Positions 28,304-38,397 of a stretch of DNA of 64,000 nt are shown piece by piece; positions within the stretch are counted from its first letter, which is position 1; the number at the start of each line of letters is the position of its first letter. The DNA comes from an uncultured Veillonellaceae bacterium. GTDB taxonomy: Bacteria > Bacillota > Negativicutes > JARBTT01. The translations under genes were made by a program, and so were the position numbers. The stretch is taken from the NCBI GenBank assembly GCA_963805085.1, contig CAWDTA010000001.1, positions 192,001 to 256,000 on the forward strand. The letters run 5' to 3'. The notes below the pieces were generated by a model, which had not been told where the DNA came from, did not search any database, and saw only the letters and a program-made list of their open reading frames with translations.

Positions 28304-29401
28304 ATGAATAGGATGTTTTCTTACAGAAAAATGCTTGCGGGAGTAGGTGTAATGACGTGTTGTTTCTCGTTAACGTTAGGAACAATGCTTACACCAAAGG
28401 CTGAGGCTTATAATATAGCAGGAGTTCTTGTTAGTAGTGCTGTTCAATATCAGTATTTTAATAAGCAATTAAATCATTATGATAATGATGGCAGACACGA
28501 ATATTTTTCTCAAATTGAACAAAAAGAAGGGGTAAATGATGACCCTACATTGAATGAAATATTAGGTAATGTGGTAACCAGACTTTCTTCCTCGATTGCA
28601 CAAACGGACGCATCGATTACGGAAAAACCATATAATTATTTCGTTAACAATGAAACCAGCTTTAATGCTTTTTGTACACTTGGACATAATCTTAGTGTCA
28701 ATACAGGGCTATTTACACTTTTGAATAATAATGAAGATGAAATTGCGGTTGTTGTTGGTCATGAAATGGGACATGGACAAAAGGGACATCCAATTAAAAG
28801 TTACCAAAAATCAGTTCCATTAGAGTTATTAACTAAGCTTTATAAGGCTCAAAATGAAGATGGTGCTTCACAAATGATGACAAATGTGATCGGTAACTAT
28901 GCTACGGCAAATGGTATTACCAAACCGCAAGAATGGGAAGCGGATAATTTAGCCTTTGACTATAGTACTGGAGCTGGCTATAATCCTGGTGCTGGTGCAG
29001 CTACTTGGCAAAAAGTAATTGAGAAAATGGGCGAATCTTCAAGTAATTTTGTTGGTGAAATATTCTCGCCATCCGATCATCCAACCAGTCAAGCGCGTCG
29101 TGATAATTATGCAAAAAAATTATCTGCCTACAGTAACAATAATGTTTCCGTGGATAATGGAACGATTAAAGTAAAAAATAATACATTCCTTAAGACTACA
29201 GCAACTGATTCCATGAGTGGGATGGAAAGAAGCTATCTAGTTGCTGGTAATTTAGCAGCAGTTTATCATAATAACACGACGATTCCACAAGCTTATGCTG
29301 AGGGGGGCGTCGTAAAAATGGGTGGACAGGATATTCTTGCACCTAATGCCGATGAACCTAGTGCTGGTGAATTGGTAAATATCCTTAACAAAATAAAATA
29401 A
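28304..29401 (+). CDS. Secreted M48-family metallopeptidase
   Basis: Signal peptide (AEA), FNAF, HEMGH, EWEAD, GYNP, DHP...R. Confidence 0.88.
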   Translation: MNRMFSYRKMLAGVGVMTCCFSLTLGTMLTPKAEAYNIAGVLVSSAVQYQYFNKQLNHYDNDGRHEYFSQIEQKEGVNDDPTLNEILGNVVTRLSSSIAQTDASITEKPYNYFVNNETSFNAFCTLGHNLSVNTGLFTLLNNNEDEIAVVVGHEMGHGQKGHPIKSYQKSVPLELLTKLYKAQNEDGASQMMTNVIGNYATANGITKPQEWEADNLAFDYSTGAGYNPGAGAATWQKVIEKMGESSSNFVGEIFSPSDHPTSQARRDNYAKKLSAYSNNNVSVDNGTIKVKNNTFLKTTATDSMSGMERSYLVAGNLAAVYHNNTTIPQAYAEGGVVKMGGQDILAPNADEPSAGELVNILNKIK

Positions 29402-29408
29402 GTTACAT

Positions 29409-29449
29409 AAAAAGCTCGGTAACCTATCAGACGGTCGCCGGGCTTTTTT
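29409..29449. terminator. Bidirectional terminator
   Basis: aaaaagctcgg...ccgggcttttt between convergent genes. Confidence 0.7.
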
Positions 29450-30419
29450 ACTGGATAGAATTAAAAGTAGCTTCAGTGGGCGTACATATTGGTAGCTGAT
29501 TGCGTTGGTGTCTAAATTCAGAGAGTGCTTTATAAATGATGATTCTGGCTTTATTGATGTTTCCAATAGCACGGTGTTCATATAAACTATTTGCCGGTGA
29601 AAAGGAGATTGATTCAGCAAGTTGAGAACGCTGATGCGTTTGGAGAATTTGTGGAGGAATATTAATTTCAGCTACTTTTACAAAAGGAGAGTCTTTTTCC
29701 AGCCATTCCATACTTACATCGTCAATTGGCATTTTGTTTTCATCTTTTTGAAATTGAATGCAAAAATCAAAGTTTGCTTCCTGCATCAATAGATGTCTCT
29801 GCATATTTGCAGTTAGATAAGAGTCAGTTAATGTTTTCGGAAGTTTACTTTTATAACTTGAATTTGGAATTACGGCATATTTCACAATATCACTTCCAAA
29901 CATATATGGTGTTACACTCCAATATCTGATATCAAGTGGACTTGTATCGTGGTTCATCATTTTATAAATTTTGATAAATTTATTTATTTTCCCTTGAAAT
30001 AGAATTTTGATGAATAGAAAAATTGGGTTCTTCAAGCCATAATAAATTGTTTCATAAAATTCTTCTAGTGTTCCTAGGGGAACTTTAGGAGCACTGGTTA
30101 ATATGAAGTCTTGAGGGAAGCTACTATTCTGAGCGTCGATGAGTTTTATGGAAAAGCCACGGAAATCTTTTAATGTATCACTAGAAAATTTAGGATTCGA
30201 ATTTGAAAATCGTATAAATGCCGGATAGGTCTTTGAATTTTCAAATAAACCGATCCTAAGGTTATTAGGAAAATCAGGGCGTATAGTAAAATAGGCTTTT
30301 AATAATCCTAAACTTTTAGAATGGGCGGCTCTTTTTAAATATTGAGATTTTTGACCTTTTTCCATCATTTTTTTCAATATGGTTAGCATGCTTTGGATCA
30401 TTTCATCGTCTGTTTTCAA
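29448..30419 (-). CDS. Small catalase-fold heme protein (catalase-related)
   Basis: RAAHSK (distal His), RFSN, DFRGFSIKL, QDF, YWSVTPY, F..QFQ, GNINKAR..IY (proximal Tyr). Confidence 0.8.
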   Translation of the reverse strand: MKTDDEMIQSMLTILKKMMEKGQKSQYLKRAAHSKSLGLLKAYFTIRPDFPNNLRIGLFENSKTYPAFIRFSNSNPKFSSDTLKDFRGFSIKLIDAQNSSFPQDFILTSAPKVPLGTLEEFYETIYYGLKNPIFLFIKILFQGKINKFIKIYKMMNHDTSPLDIRYWSVTPYMFGSDIVKYAVIPNSSYKSKLPKTLTDSYLTANMQRHLLMQEANFDFCIQFQKDENKMPIDDVSMEWLEKDSPFVKVAEINIPPQILQTHQRSQLAESISFSPANSLYEHRAIGNINKARIIIYKALSEFRHQRNQLPICTPTEATFNSIQ

Positions 30420-30484
30420 ATTGAATTCTTTCTCCTTTTTGGGGGTATTAAATAAAAATGAATTAGTATAGCGCAGTAAATGTT

Positions 30485-31438
30485 TTATAGTTCAATCGTA
30501 GTATCATCAATCGTGTTGGTTTTAAACTGCTTTTTTAAGTCGGCGACTAATTGAAATAATGCTTTATCCTTTTGCTTGGCTTCGATCATGACATCGAAAT
30601 CACGATTGAATTCCTTCACCCGTAGCAAAAATGAATGAAATTGTTCAGGATCAATAAAATCAGCATGAGCCCGGAATTTTTTATCACTCTTAGGGCTGGA
30701 AAAATGGATTTTAGGTAGAGCCCCATTCCATGTTTTTAAAATATCAGGCCAGAGATTCTGGATTGATTCGCCGTCATTACAGCAATCGTGATGGTGAATA
30801 TCGATAACCATCGGGGTTTTTACTATTTTACACAATTGCAGTGTATCTTTTGCTGTAAAGACTTTATCGTCATTTTCAAGGATAATTCTGTCTTTTATAG
30901 TAACGGGCAATGAATTGTAATGGTTGATAAAGCGCTGTATTGCTGAGGTTTTATCTTTGTAAGCGCCACCAATATGGAGGACAAGCTTTGTATTGTTATC
31001 TAGACCCATCATTTCGAATAATTTAGCATGGTAGGAAAGTGTATGAATGCTGGAATTTACCACGGTCTCATCGGGACTATTTAGTAAGGTAAAATGGTCG
31101 GGATGAGCACTGACCCGCAACTTATTTTGCTGGATATATGCGCCTAATTCAATCAATTGTTCTTTAAATTCTTCTAGGTAATCCCAATGCGCTATGATGG
31201 GGTGCGTTGCTAAAGGGATGAGTTTGGAAGTGATTCTAAAAACATGGATATGATGAAACTTATTATACTTTAAGACTCTTAGTAGGCAATCAAGATTTGT
31301 TTTTGTAAGCTTTCTTAGCTTTTTTAAACGGTCTGCCTCGGTGCTAATTTTTAAAAGATTTGTATGAGTGATCGTTTTGTTTGGCGATCCATCTAGGATG
31401 TTTAAAGCCATGGCAACATAACCGAATCTAATCAACAT
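30485..31438 (-). CDS. uvsE: UV DNA damage endonuclease
   Basis: RFGYV, FRITSKLIPLATHP, SAHPDHF.LLNS, LHIGG, LENDD, DIHHH, KIHFSSP, HAD, MIEAKQKD.AL. Confidence 0.93.
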   Translation of the reverse strand: MLIRFGYVAMALNILDGSPNKTITHTNLLKISTEADRLKKLRKLTKTNLDCLLRVLKYNKFHHIHVFRITSKLIPLATHPIIAHWDYLEEFKEQLIELGAYIQQNKLRVSAHPDHFTLLNSPDETVVNSSIHTLSYHAKLFEMMGLDNNTKLVLHIGGAYKDKTSAIQRFINHYNSLPVTIKDRIILENDDKVFTAKDTLQLCKIVKTPMVIDIHHHDCCNDGESIQNLWPDILKTWNGALPKIHFSSPKSDKKFRAHADFIDPEQFHSFLLRVKEFNRDFDVMIEAKQKDKALFQLVADLKKQFKTNTIDDTTIEL

Positions 31439-31526
31439 AATAAGTTTACTCCTTCGTTGTTTATCAATATTATTCCCTGATTTTGCGGGAACATTCCTTT
31501 CGGTATATTGGTTGTGACTTTTACAA

Positions 31527-31563
31527 TTGTCATGTAGTTGTCACGGAGTTAGTATACTATAAT
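31527..31563 (+). promoter_or_regulatory. Pho-box/OmpR-type tandem repeat plus -10 element
   Basis: TTGTCAT (31527) and TTGTCAC (31538) 11 bp apart, followed by TATACT/TATAAT (31553-31563). Confidence 0.5.
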
Positions 31564-31595
31564 TCTATCATAGCATTTTAGAAGGGGTTATTGAC

Positions 31596-31670
31596 ATGGA
31601 ACTATTAAAAGCAATACTATCTTTGGTATTCCTTTATGTTGTTGCAACGTATAAAGTGAATAGTCGATGA
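31596..31670 (+). CDS. Unannotated 24-aa hydrophobic peptide
   Basis: MELLKAILSLVFLYVVATYKVNSR*; SD GAAGGGG; has its own promoter and terminator. Confidence 0.6.
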   Translation: MELLKAILSLVFLYVVATYKVNSR

Positions 31671-31687
31671 TAAGAAATTTTTAGAGG

Positions 31688-31720
31688 TGCTTATCTCAAG
31701 TGTTTGAGATAGGCATTTTT
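31688..31720 (+). terminator. Terminator of the small peptide gene
   Basis: tgcttatctcaa-gtgt-ttgagataggca followed by a T-tract. Confidence 0.75.
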
Positions 31721-31887
31721 AATTGATTATTTAAAATTTAATTTCGTAGTTTGTCAGTGATGTTTTTAATGGAATTTATTACAATTCTAATGCTTTTGTT
31801 GAGAAGACAGAAAGATAATTAGGTTATATTTTATTATTACAATTAATTATTATGCTACATTAGATAAACAAAATAATACAAATTTCG

Positions 31888-31917
31888 TTGACATACTTTA
31901 AAAAGGTCTGCTATTAT
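31888..31917 (+). promoter_or_regulatory. Probable pur operon promoter
   Basis: TTGACA-18 nt-TATTAT with TG extension. Confidence 0.55.
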
Positions 31918-32274
31918 TAGTAAATGAAGTGAATAAATTTTGTATAGTTTGAAAAGATAAATAGTAGATATTTATAAAATCAAAGTTAACAATTGATTGC
32001 AGTCGAATAAAAATAGCGCCGTAAACACAAAATGTTTATTGGCTAATTTTTATTTGGGCTGTAAAAATTGTTTTTTATAAAATCTTGATTGTTTTGAAAC
32101 TGTATATATCATATCGACTCCGGCGTTTTGCCGGAGTCGAATGAGTTATCAGAATGAAATGGAATTTTAGACCAAAAAATTATTCTTCATTTACATAGGT
32201 TCAATGCGTTTCTTTGTCTGATTTTTATCAGGTGAAATATATATTTCTTGTAAGTTAGGGGAGATGATTGACTA

Positions 32275-32760
32275 ATGAAAGTAGCTATTATTATGGGAAG
32301 TGACTCTGACTGGCCGATCTTAAAGCCAGCAGCAGAACTTTTAAAAGAATTTGGCCTAGAATGTGAAGTTGTAGTCGCTTCAGCACATCGCACGCCAGCA
32401 AAAGTACACGACTATGTAACTTCTGCTAGAGAACGCGGTATTGACGTTTTTATTTCAGCGGCAGGTGCAGCAGCTCACTTAGGGGGCGTTATTGCAAGTT
32501 TAACGACGTTACCTGTAATTGGTGTTCCAATTAATGCTACATCATTAAATGGTATGGATGCACTTTTAAGTACAGTGCAAATGCCATCTGGTATTCCTGT
32601 TGCCACTATGGCAGTAAATGGTGCTAAAAACGCAGCAATTTTTGCGACGCAAATACTAGCTGTCAATAACCCTGAACTTCAAGCTAAATTAATAGCGCAC
32701 CGCAAGCAAATGGCGGAAGAAGTGGAACAAAAAGCAGCAAAGGTAGCTGCTCAACTGTAG
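32275..32760 (+). CDS. purE: N5-CAIR mutase / AIR carboxylase
   Basis: IIMGSDSD, SAHRTP, AGAAAHL, PVIGVP, VQMPSGIPVAT. Confidence 0.97.
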   Translation: MKVAIIMGSDSDWPILKPAAELLKEFGLECEVVVASAHRTPAKVHDYVTSARERGIDVFISAAGAAAHLGGVIASLTTLPVIGVPINATSLNGMDALLSTVQMPSGIPVATMAVNGAKNAAIFATQILAVNNPELQAKLIAHRKQMAEEVEQKAAKVAAQL

Positions 32761-32816
32761 GTAGTTTATTAATATTTTTATAACAAATTTAATTAAAAAA
32801 TTGGAGGCTATCACCC

Positions 32817-33527
32817 ATGGAAAAGAAACCATTATATGAAGGTAAAGCGAAACAAATGTATGCAACTGAAAACCCAGATGAATTGTTGGTATATTATAAG
32901 GATGATGCAACAGCAGGAGATGGTGCTAAAAAAGGTACAATTCTTGAAAAAGGCATTATGAATAATAAAATTTCCGCATTTTTCTTTAATTTATTAACCG
33001 AAAACGGTGTTGAAAATCATTATATCAGCATGCCTAGCGATCGTGAAATGTTAGTAAAAACATTAGACATTATTCCTCTAGAAGTAGTAATGAGAAATAT
33101 TGCTGCTGGTAGCTTAGCATCACGTCTTGGTTTAGAAGAAGGTACAAAAATGTCAATGCCTATTGTAGAACTTTATTATAAAAATGATGATCTTCATGAC
33201 CCAATGATCAATCATTTCCATATCAAAGCATTGGGCCTTGCGTCGCAAGAACAAATCGATCAAGTGGAAACAATTGGTCTTAAAGTAAATGAAATCTTAA
33301 GCAAATATCTTGCAACAAAAAATATTGAGTTAATTGATTTCAAACTTGAATTTGGCATGTACAAGGGTAAATTAATTCTTGGTGATGAAATTTCTCCTGA
33401 TAACTGTCGTTTCTGGGATAGTGTAACTCATGAAAAATTAGATAAAGATAGATTCCGTCGTGATTTGGGCAATGTTGAAGATGCCTACAAAGAAGTATTA
33501 CACAGATTAACAGGAGAGGTTAGATGA
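32817..33527 (+). CDS. purC: SAICAR synthetase
   Basis: LYEGKAK, KDDATA, IPLEVV.RN..AGS, DFKLEFG, DEISPD.CRFWD, LDKDRFR. Confidence 0.97.
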   Translation: MEKKPLYEGKAKQMYATENPDELLVYYKDDATAGDGAKKGTILEKGIMNNKISAFFFNLLTENGVENHYISMPSDREMLVKTLDIIPLEVVMRNIAAGSLASRLGLEEGTKMSMPIVELYYKNDDLHDPMINHFHIKALGLASQEQIDQVETIGLKVNEILSKYLATKNIELIDFKLEFGMYKGKLILGDEISPDNCRFWDSVTHEKLDKDRFRRDLGNVEDAYKEVLHRLTGEVR

Positions 33528-34960
33528 TAGACTTAGAACAAGATAAGTTGAAAGAGGAATGCGGTGTCTTTGGGATTTATTCTCGCGATGAAGATGTTGC
33601 GATGAATACGTATTTAGGGTTATATGCTTTGCAACACAGAGGCCAAGAAAGTGCTGGTATTGCGATCACTGATGGTTCTTGGATGGATGTAACGCGTGGC
33701 ATGGGACTTGTAAATGAAGTATTTCGTCACCAGCTTCCACACATGGAAAATCAATATATCGCAATTGGTCATGTTAGATATTCTACAACGGGTTCTAGCT
33801 TACTAGCCAATACGCAACCATTAATGGTCAACTATTCAGGTGGAAAAATCAGTTTGGCGCATAATGGTAATCTTACAAATGCAACTGAAATTAGATGTGA
33901 TTTAGAAGAACAGGGTACTGTTTTCCAAACTTCTATGGATAGTGAAGTTTTCGTGAACTTGATCGCAAGATCACGTAAATCTACCGTTGAAGAAAAGATC
34001 ATGGAAAGTTTAGTTAAAATTAAAGGTGCATATTGCTTAACGATTATGACCGAAGACAAACTCATTGGTGCTCGTGATCCACAAGGATTCAGACCGCTTT
34101 GCGTAGGGAAAATGGGCAACACTTGGGTGCTTTCCTCAGAATCTTGTGCTCTTGATACTGTAGGTGCTGAATTTATTCGTGATATTGAGCCAGGTGAACT
34201 GGTTGTTATTGACGATAATGGCATGAAATCTTACAGATTTGCCGAAGTCACGAACCGTGCTTCTTGCATTTTTGAATACATTTATTTTGCTCGTCCAGAC
34301 AGTGTCATTGATGGACAAAGTGTTCATGATGCTCGTTTTGAAATGGGTAAAGTACTTGCAAGAGAAAGTGGTTTCAAAGCAGATATTGTTATTTCTGTAC
34401 CTGACTCTGGTACAACAGCGGCAACCGGCTTTGCTTATGAAGCTGGCATTCCGTTTAAAGAAGGTTTAATCAAAAACCGTTATATTGGTCGGACTTTTAT
34501 CCAACCAACGCAAAAAAAACGCGACACAAGTGTTCGTTTAAAATTAAATGCAATTAAATCCGTAGTCAATGGTAAATCAGTGATTTTGGTTGATGATTCT
34601 ATCGTACGCGGTACGACAAGCGGTAAAATTGTTCATATGTTAAAAGCGGCTGGGGCAACTGCTGTTCATATGTGTATTAGTTCTCCACCAATTGGCTATC
34701 CTTGCTTCTACGGCATTGATACTTCTGCTCGTAAGGAATTGATTGCGTCTTCCAAAACGGTAGAAGAAATTTGCGAATATATTGGTGCAGATTCTCTGCA
34801 TTTCTTGTCTATTGAGGGATTAAAGAAATGTGTATCAAAAGTAAATTGTGAAGATATGTGTTATGCTTGCTTCAACAGTGCCTATCCTGGTGATATGCCA
34901 GTTGAAATGGGCGATTGTGCCGATAAATATATATTCGAACAAAGAATGGCGAAAAATTAA
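33524..34960 (+). CDS. purF: Amidophosphoribosyltransferase (Fe-S type, with propeptide)
   Basis: [47 protein letters not shown]. Confidence 0.98.
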   Translation: MIDLEQDKLKEECGVFGIYSRDEDVAMNTYLGLYALQHRGQESAGIAITDGSWMDVTRGMGLVNEVFRHQLPHMENQYIAIGHVRYSTTGSSLLANTQPLMVNYSGGKISLAHNGNLTNATEIRCDLEEQGTVFQTSMDSEVFVNLIARSRKSTVEEKIMESLVKIKGAYCLTIMTEDKLIGARDPQGFRPLCVGKMGNTWVLSSESCALDTVGAEFIRDIEPGELVVIDDNGMKSYRFAEVTNRASCIFEYIYFARPDSVIDGQSVHDARFEMGKVLARESGFKADIVISVPDSGTTAATGFAYEAGIPFKEGLIKNRYIGRTFIQPTQKKRDTSVRLKLNAIKSVVNGKSVILVDDSIVRGTTSGKIVHMLKAAGATAVHMCISSPPIGYPCFYGIDTSARKELIASSKTVEEICEYIGADSLHFLSIEGLKKCVSKVNCEDMCYACFNSAYPGDMPVEMGDCADKYIFEQRMAKN

Positions 34961-34976
34961 ACGAAATTTATAATTC

Positions 34977-35017
34977 ACTACATTATCCATAACAAAATTT
35001 GTTATGGATAATGTAGT
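34977..35017. repeat. Perfect 19-bp intergenic hairpin between purF and purM
   Basis: actacattatccataacaa-aat-ttgttatggataatgtagt. Confidence 0.75.
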
Positions 35018-35050
35018 TATTACAAAAATTTGCTAAAATGGAGGATTTTG

Positions 35051-36118
35051 ATGACTACAGAAAATAAATCTCAACAACTTACTTACCGTGATGCGGGTGT
35101 TGATATTGACGCTGGTAACTATTCCGTTCAACTAATCAAAGAAAGTGTAAAATCAACATATCGCCCAGAAGTATTAGGCGATCTTGGTGGATTTGGTGGC
35201 TTATTTGCCCTAAACAGCGGCAAATATAAAGAACCGGTATTGGTATCTGGTACAGATGGTGTTGGTACCAAACTTCGTTTAGCATTTATGCTTGATAAAC
35301 ATGATACAATCGGACAAGATGCGGTTGCAATGTGTGTCAATGATATATTGGTACAAGGTGCAGAACCTTTGTATTTCTTAGACTACTTAGCAGTAGGCAA
35401 ATTAGAGCCAGAAAAAGTAGCAGCAATCGTTAAAGGTGTTGCTGGGGCATGTAAAGAATCTGGTTGTGCTTTAATCGGTGGTGAAACTGCTGAGATGGCA
35501 GGCTTTTATCCAGATGGCGAATACGATATTGCCGGTTTTGCTGTTGGTATCGTGGATAAAGCAAATATCATCACAGGTGAGCATATCAAAGCTGGTGACG
35601 TTTTAATTGGGTTACCTTCAAGTGGGGTGCATTCCAATGGGTATTCTTTGGTTCGTAAAATCTGCTTTGATCTTAAAGGCTTCAAAGGGGATGAATACAT
35701 CGAAGAACTAGGTAAAACAATCGGTGATGAATTATTGACACCAACTCGTCTTTACCCTAAAGTTTGTATGCCATTAACAGAAAACTTCAAAATAAATGGT
35801 ATGGTTCATATCACTGGTGGCGGATTCTATGACAATATTCCGCGCGTTTTACCAGAAGACTGTGGTGTAGAAGTGGATTCGGCTGCTTGGGAAAGACCAG
35901 CAATTTTCAACTTGCTAAAAGAGTGGGGCAATGTTGCTTGGCCAGAAATGTATCGTACCTTTAATATGGGTATTGGTATGGTGCTAGTTGTTTCTGCTGA
36001 CGAAGTAGATAAAATTCAAGCACATTTAGCTGAGAGCAATGAAAAATCCTATATTATTGGTAAAGTCGTAGCAGGAAGCCAAGAAGTTGTGATCAAAGGT
36101 GGAGTATTTAATGACTAA
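35051..36118 (+). CDS. purM: AIR synthetase
   Basis: YRDAGVDI, GGFGG, TDGVGTK, GGETAEM, HSNGYSL, HITGGG, RTFNMGIG. Confidence 0.97.
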   Translation: MTTENKSQQLTYRDAGVDIDAGNYSVQLIKESVKSTYRPEVLGDLGGFGGLFALNSGKYKEPVLVSGTDGVGTKLRLAFMLDKHDTIGQDAVAMCVNDILVQGAEPLYFLDYLAVGKLEPEKVAAIVKGVAGACKESGCALIGGETAEMAGFYPDGEYDIAGFAVGIVDKANIITGEHIKAGDVLIGLPSSGVHSNGYSLVRKICFDLKGFKGDEYIEELGKTIGDELLTPTRLYPKVCMPLTENFKINGMVHITGGGFYDNIPRVLPEDCGVEVDSAAWERPAIFNLLKEWGNVAWPEMYRTFNMGIGMVLVVSADEVDKIQAHLAESNEKSYIIGKVVAGSQEVVIKGGVFND

Positions 36119-36725
36119 TACACGGGTATTAGGCGTAGTGGCTTCCGGTCGTGGTAGTAACTTGCAATCTATTATGGATGCAATTAAAACTGGCCAAATC
36201 GTCGCAGAAATCGGTGTTGTCATCACAGATAAACCCGAAGCAAAAGCTTTGGATCGTGCGCGTGAGGCTGGGATTCCTGCTGTGTGTGTGGATCGTAAAA
36301 AATGTGCCTCAAAAGATGAATTTGAGCAAGCTTTAGTTGCTGAGTTAAATAAATATCATGTGGATTTGGTAATTTTAGCAGGTTTTATGCGTATACTAAG
36401 TCCGTTCTTTGTCCATTCTTTTAAAGATAAGATTATGAATATTCACCCATCCTTATTACCGGCATTTGCTGGTGCACATGCACATCGTGATGTACTTGCC
36501 TATGGTGCAAAAGTATCCGGCTGTACGATTCATTTTGTGGATGAAGGTATGGATAGTGGACCGATTATTCTGCAAGAATCTGTATCGGTACTAGATGATG
36601 ATACAGAAGACACGTTAGCGGCTCGTGTCCTTAAAATCGAACATGTGCTATATCCAAGAGCCATCGCTCTTTACTTAGACGGGAAACTAGACGTACAGGG
36701 TCGGCATGTAATAATCAAAAAATAA
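36111..36725 (+). CDS. purN: Phosphoribosylglycinamide formyltransferase
   Basis: SGRGSNL, LAGFMRIL, NIHPSLLP, GCTIHFVDEGMDSGPII. Confidence 0.97.
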   Translation: MTNTRVLGVVASGRGSNLQSIMDAIKTGQIVAEIGVVITDKPEAKALDRAREAGIPAVCVDRKKCASKDEFEQALVAELNKYHVDLVILAGFMRILSPFFVHSFKDKIMNIHPSLLPAFAGAHAHRDVLAYGAKVSGCTIHFVDEGMDSGPIILQESVSVLDDDTEDTLAARVLKIEHVLYPRAIALYLDGKLDVQGRHVIIKK

Positions 36726-36740
36726 TTCATAGGTGGTTAT

Positions 36741-38285
36741 GTGATAATGAAAATCAAACGCGCGCTGATTAGCGTATCTGATAAAACTGGTGTAGTAGAA
36801 TTTGCCCAAAAACTTCATGCAGCTGGTGTAGATATTATTTCTACTGGTGGTACAATGAAAACTTTACGGGCTGCAGGGATTCCTGTTACTTACGTGAGTG
36901 ATGTAACTGGTTTTCCAGAAATCATGGATGGTCGTGTAAAAACATTAAATCCATATATTCATGGTGGCATTCTTGCAATTCGTGACAATGCACAGCATGT
37001 TGCGGCGATGAAAGAACATAATATCACAGGGATTGATATGGTTGTCGTTAACTTATACCCATTCCGTCAAACAATTGCAAACCCTGATGTTAAACAAGAA
37101 GATGCAATTGAAAACATCGATATTGGTGGCCCTGCAATGATTCGTGCGGCTGCTAAAAACTTTAATTACGTAGCAGTTGTAGTAAATCCAGAACGTTATG
37201 ACGAAATTGCCACTGCACTTGCAAGTGCAGACGGTATCAGCAGTCCATTACGTATGTCTCTTGCCAAAGAAGCTTTCTGTCATACCGCTGAATATGATGC
37301 ATGCATCAACCAATACTTAGCAAAACAATTGGGTGAAGGACAGTTCCCTAACCAAGCACATATCGTTTTAGAAAAAGTCCAAGATCTACGTTATGGTGAA
37401 AATCCTCATCAAAATGCAGCGTTCTACCGTGAAGTGAATACAAACACTGGTGTGGCAAATGCAAAACAACTACATGGTAAAGAGCTTTCCTTCAACAACA
37501 TCGTTGATATCGAAGCCGCTTATAATATTGTCGCTGAATTTGAACAACCAGCTGTTGCAATTATCAAACATACCAATCCATGTGGTACTGGTATTGGTGC
37601 TGCAATTTCTGAAGCTTACCAAAAAGCGTATGAAGCTGATCCAGTTTCTGCTTTCGGTGGCATTGTGGCATTGAATCGCACTGTCGATCAAAAAGCTGCT
37701 GAACAAATGAGCAAATTGTTTATTGAAGTTGTGATTGCACCTGCATTTGACGAAGATGCATTAGCAATTTTAAGTGCGAAGAAAAATATCAGACTATTAA
37801 CATTGCCTGTACCTAATCTTGATGAAGCACGTATGGATACGAAAAAAGTATCGGGCGGTATGCTCCTTCAAAATGCGGATACGACGGATACAAAAACAAG
37901 TGACATGAAAGTTGCAACAAAACGTCAACCAACGGAAGAAGAATGGAAGCAAATGATTTTTGCCTGGAAAGTTGTAAAACATGTAAAATCTAATGCAATT
38001 GTGATTGCTGGCAATGACCAAACGTATGGTGTTGGGGCAGGACAGATGAATCGCGTTGGTTCGGCGGCAATTGCGCTTGAACAAGCCGGTGAAAAATCTA
38101 AGGGTGCAGTACTTTCCTCTGATGCATACTTACCATTTAGAGATACTGTAGATACCGCAGCAAAAGCTGGTATTACGGCAATCATTCAACCTGGTGGCTC
38201 GATTCGTGATCAAGAATCGATTGATGCTGCGAATGAACATGGCATTACGATGGTATTTACTGATATGAGACATTTTAAACATTAA
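36741..38285 (+). CDS. purH: Bifunctional AICAR transformylase/IMP cyclohydrolase
   Basis: ALISVSDK, STGGT, GRVKTL, IDIGGP, RYGENPHQ, KHTNPCG, GAGQMNR, RHFKH. Confidence 0.98.
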   Translation: MIMKIKRALISVSDKTGVVEFAQKLHAAGVDIISTGGTMKTLRAAGIPVTYVSDVTGFPEIMDGRVKTLNPYIHGGILAIRDNAQHVAAMKEHNITGIDMVVVNLYPFRQTIANPDVKQEDAIENIDIGGPAMIRAAAKNFNYVAVVVNPERYDEIATALASADGISSPLRMSLAKEAFCHTAEYDACINQYLAKQLGEGQFPNQAHIVLEKVQDLRYGENPHQNAAFYREVNTNTGVANAKQLHGKELSFNNIVDIEAAYNIVAEFEQPAVAIIKHTNPCGTGIGAAISEAYQKAYEADPVSAFGGIVALNRTVDQKAAEQMSKLFIEVVIAPAFDEDALAILSAKKNIRLLTLPVPNLDEARMDTKKVSGGMLLQNADTTDTKTSDMKVATKRQPTEEEWKQMIFAWKVVKHVKSNAIVIAGNDQTYGVGAGQMNRVGSAAIALEQAGEKSKGAVLSSDAYLPFRDTVDTAAKAGITAIIQPGGSIRDQESIDAANEHGITMVFTDMRHFKH

Positions 38286-38317
38286 GTTTTATTGAAGGTA
38301 AAATAGTAGTCATTTAG

Positions 38318-38373
38318 AATTAAGACGCACTTATTTCCATACTTAAATTTGGAGTTTTGGTGCGTCTTAATTC
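38318..38373. repeat. Intergenic hairpin between purH and purD
   Basis: 14-bp stem gaattaagacgcac/gtgcgtcttaattc, no T-tract. Confidence 0.7.
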
Positions 38374-38397
38374 ATCTATAGAAGGAGTGAAGTTAAC

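Noticed and set aside
32000-32061. Purine riboswitch upstream of purE (contains CCGTAAA)
   Set aside because: The GTTTCTAC junction and the ATATGG loop are absent, so the three-stem junction cannot be built.
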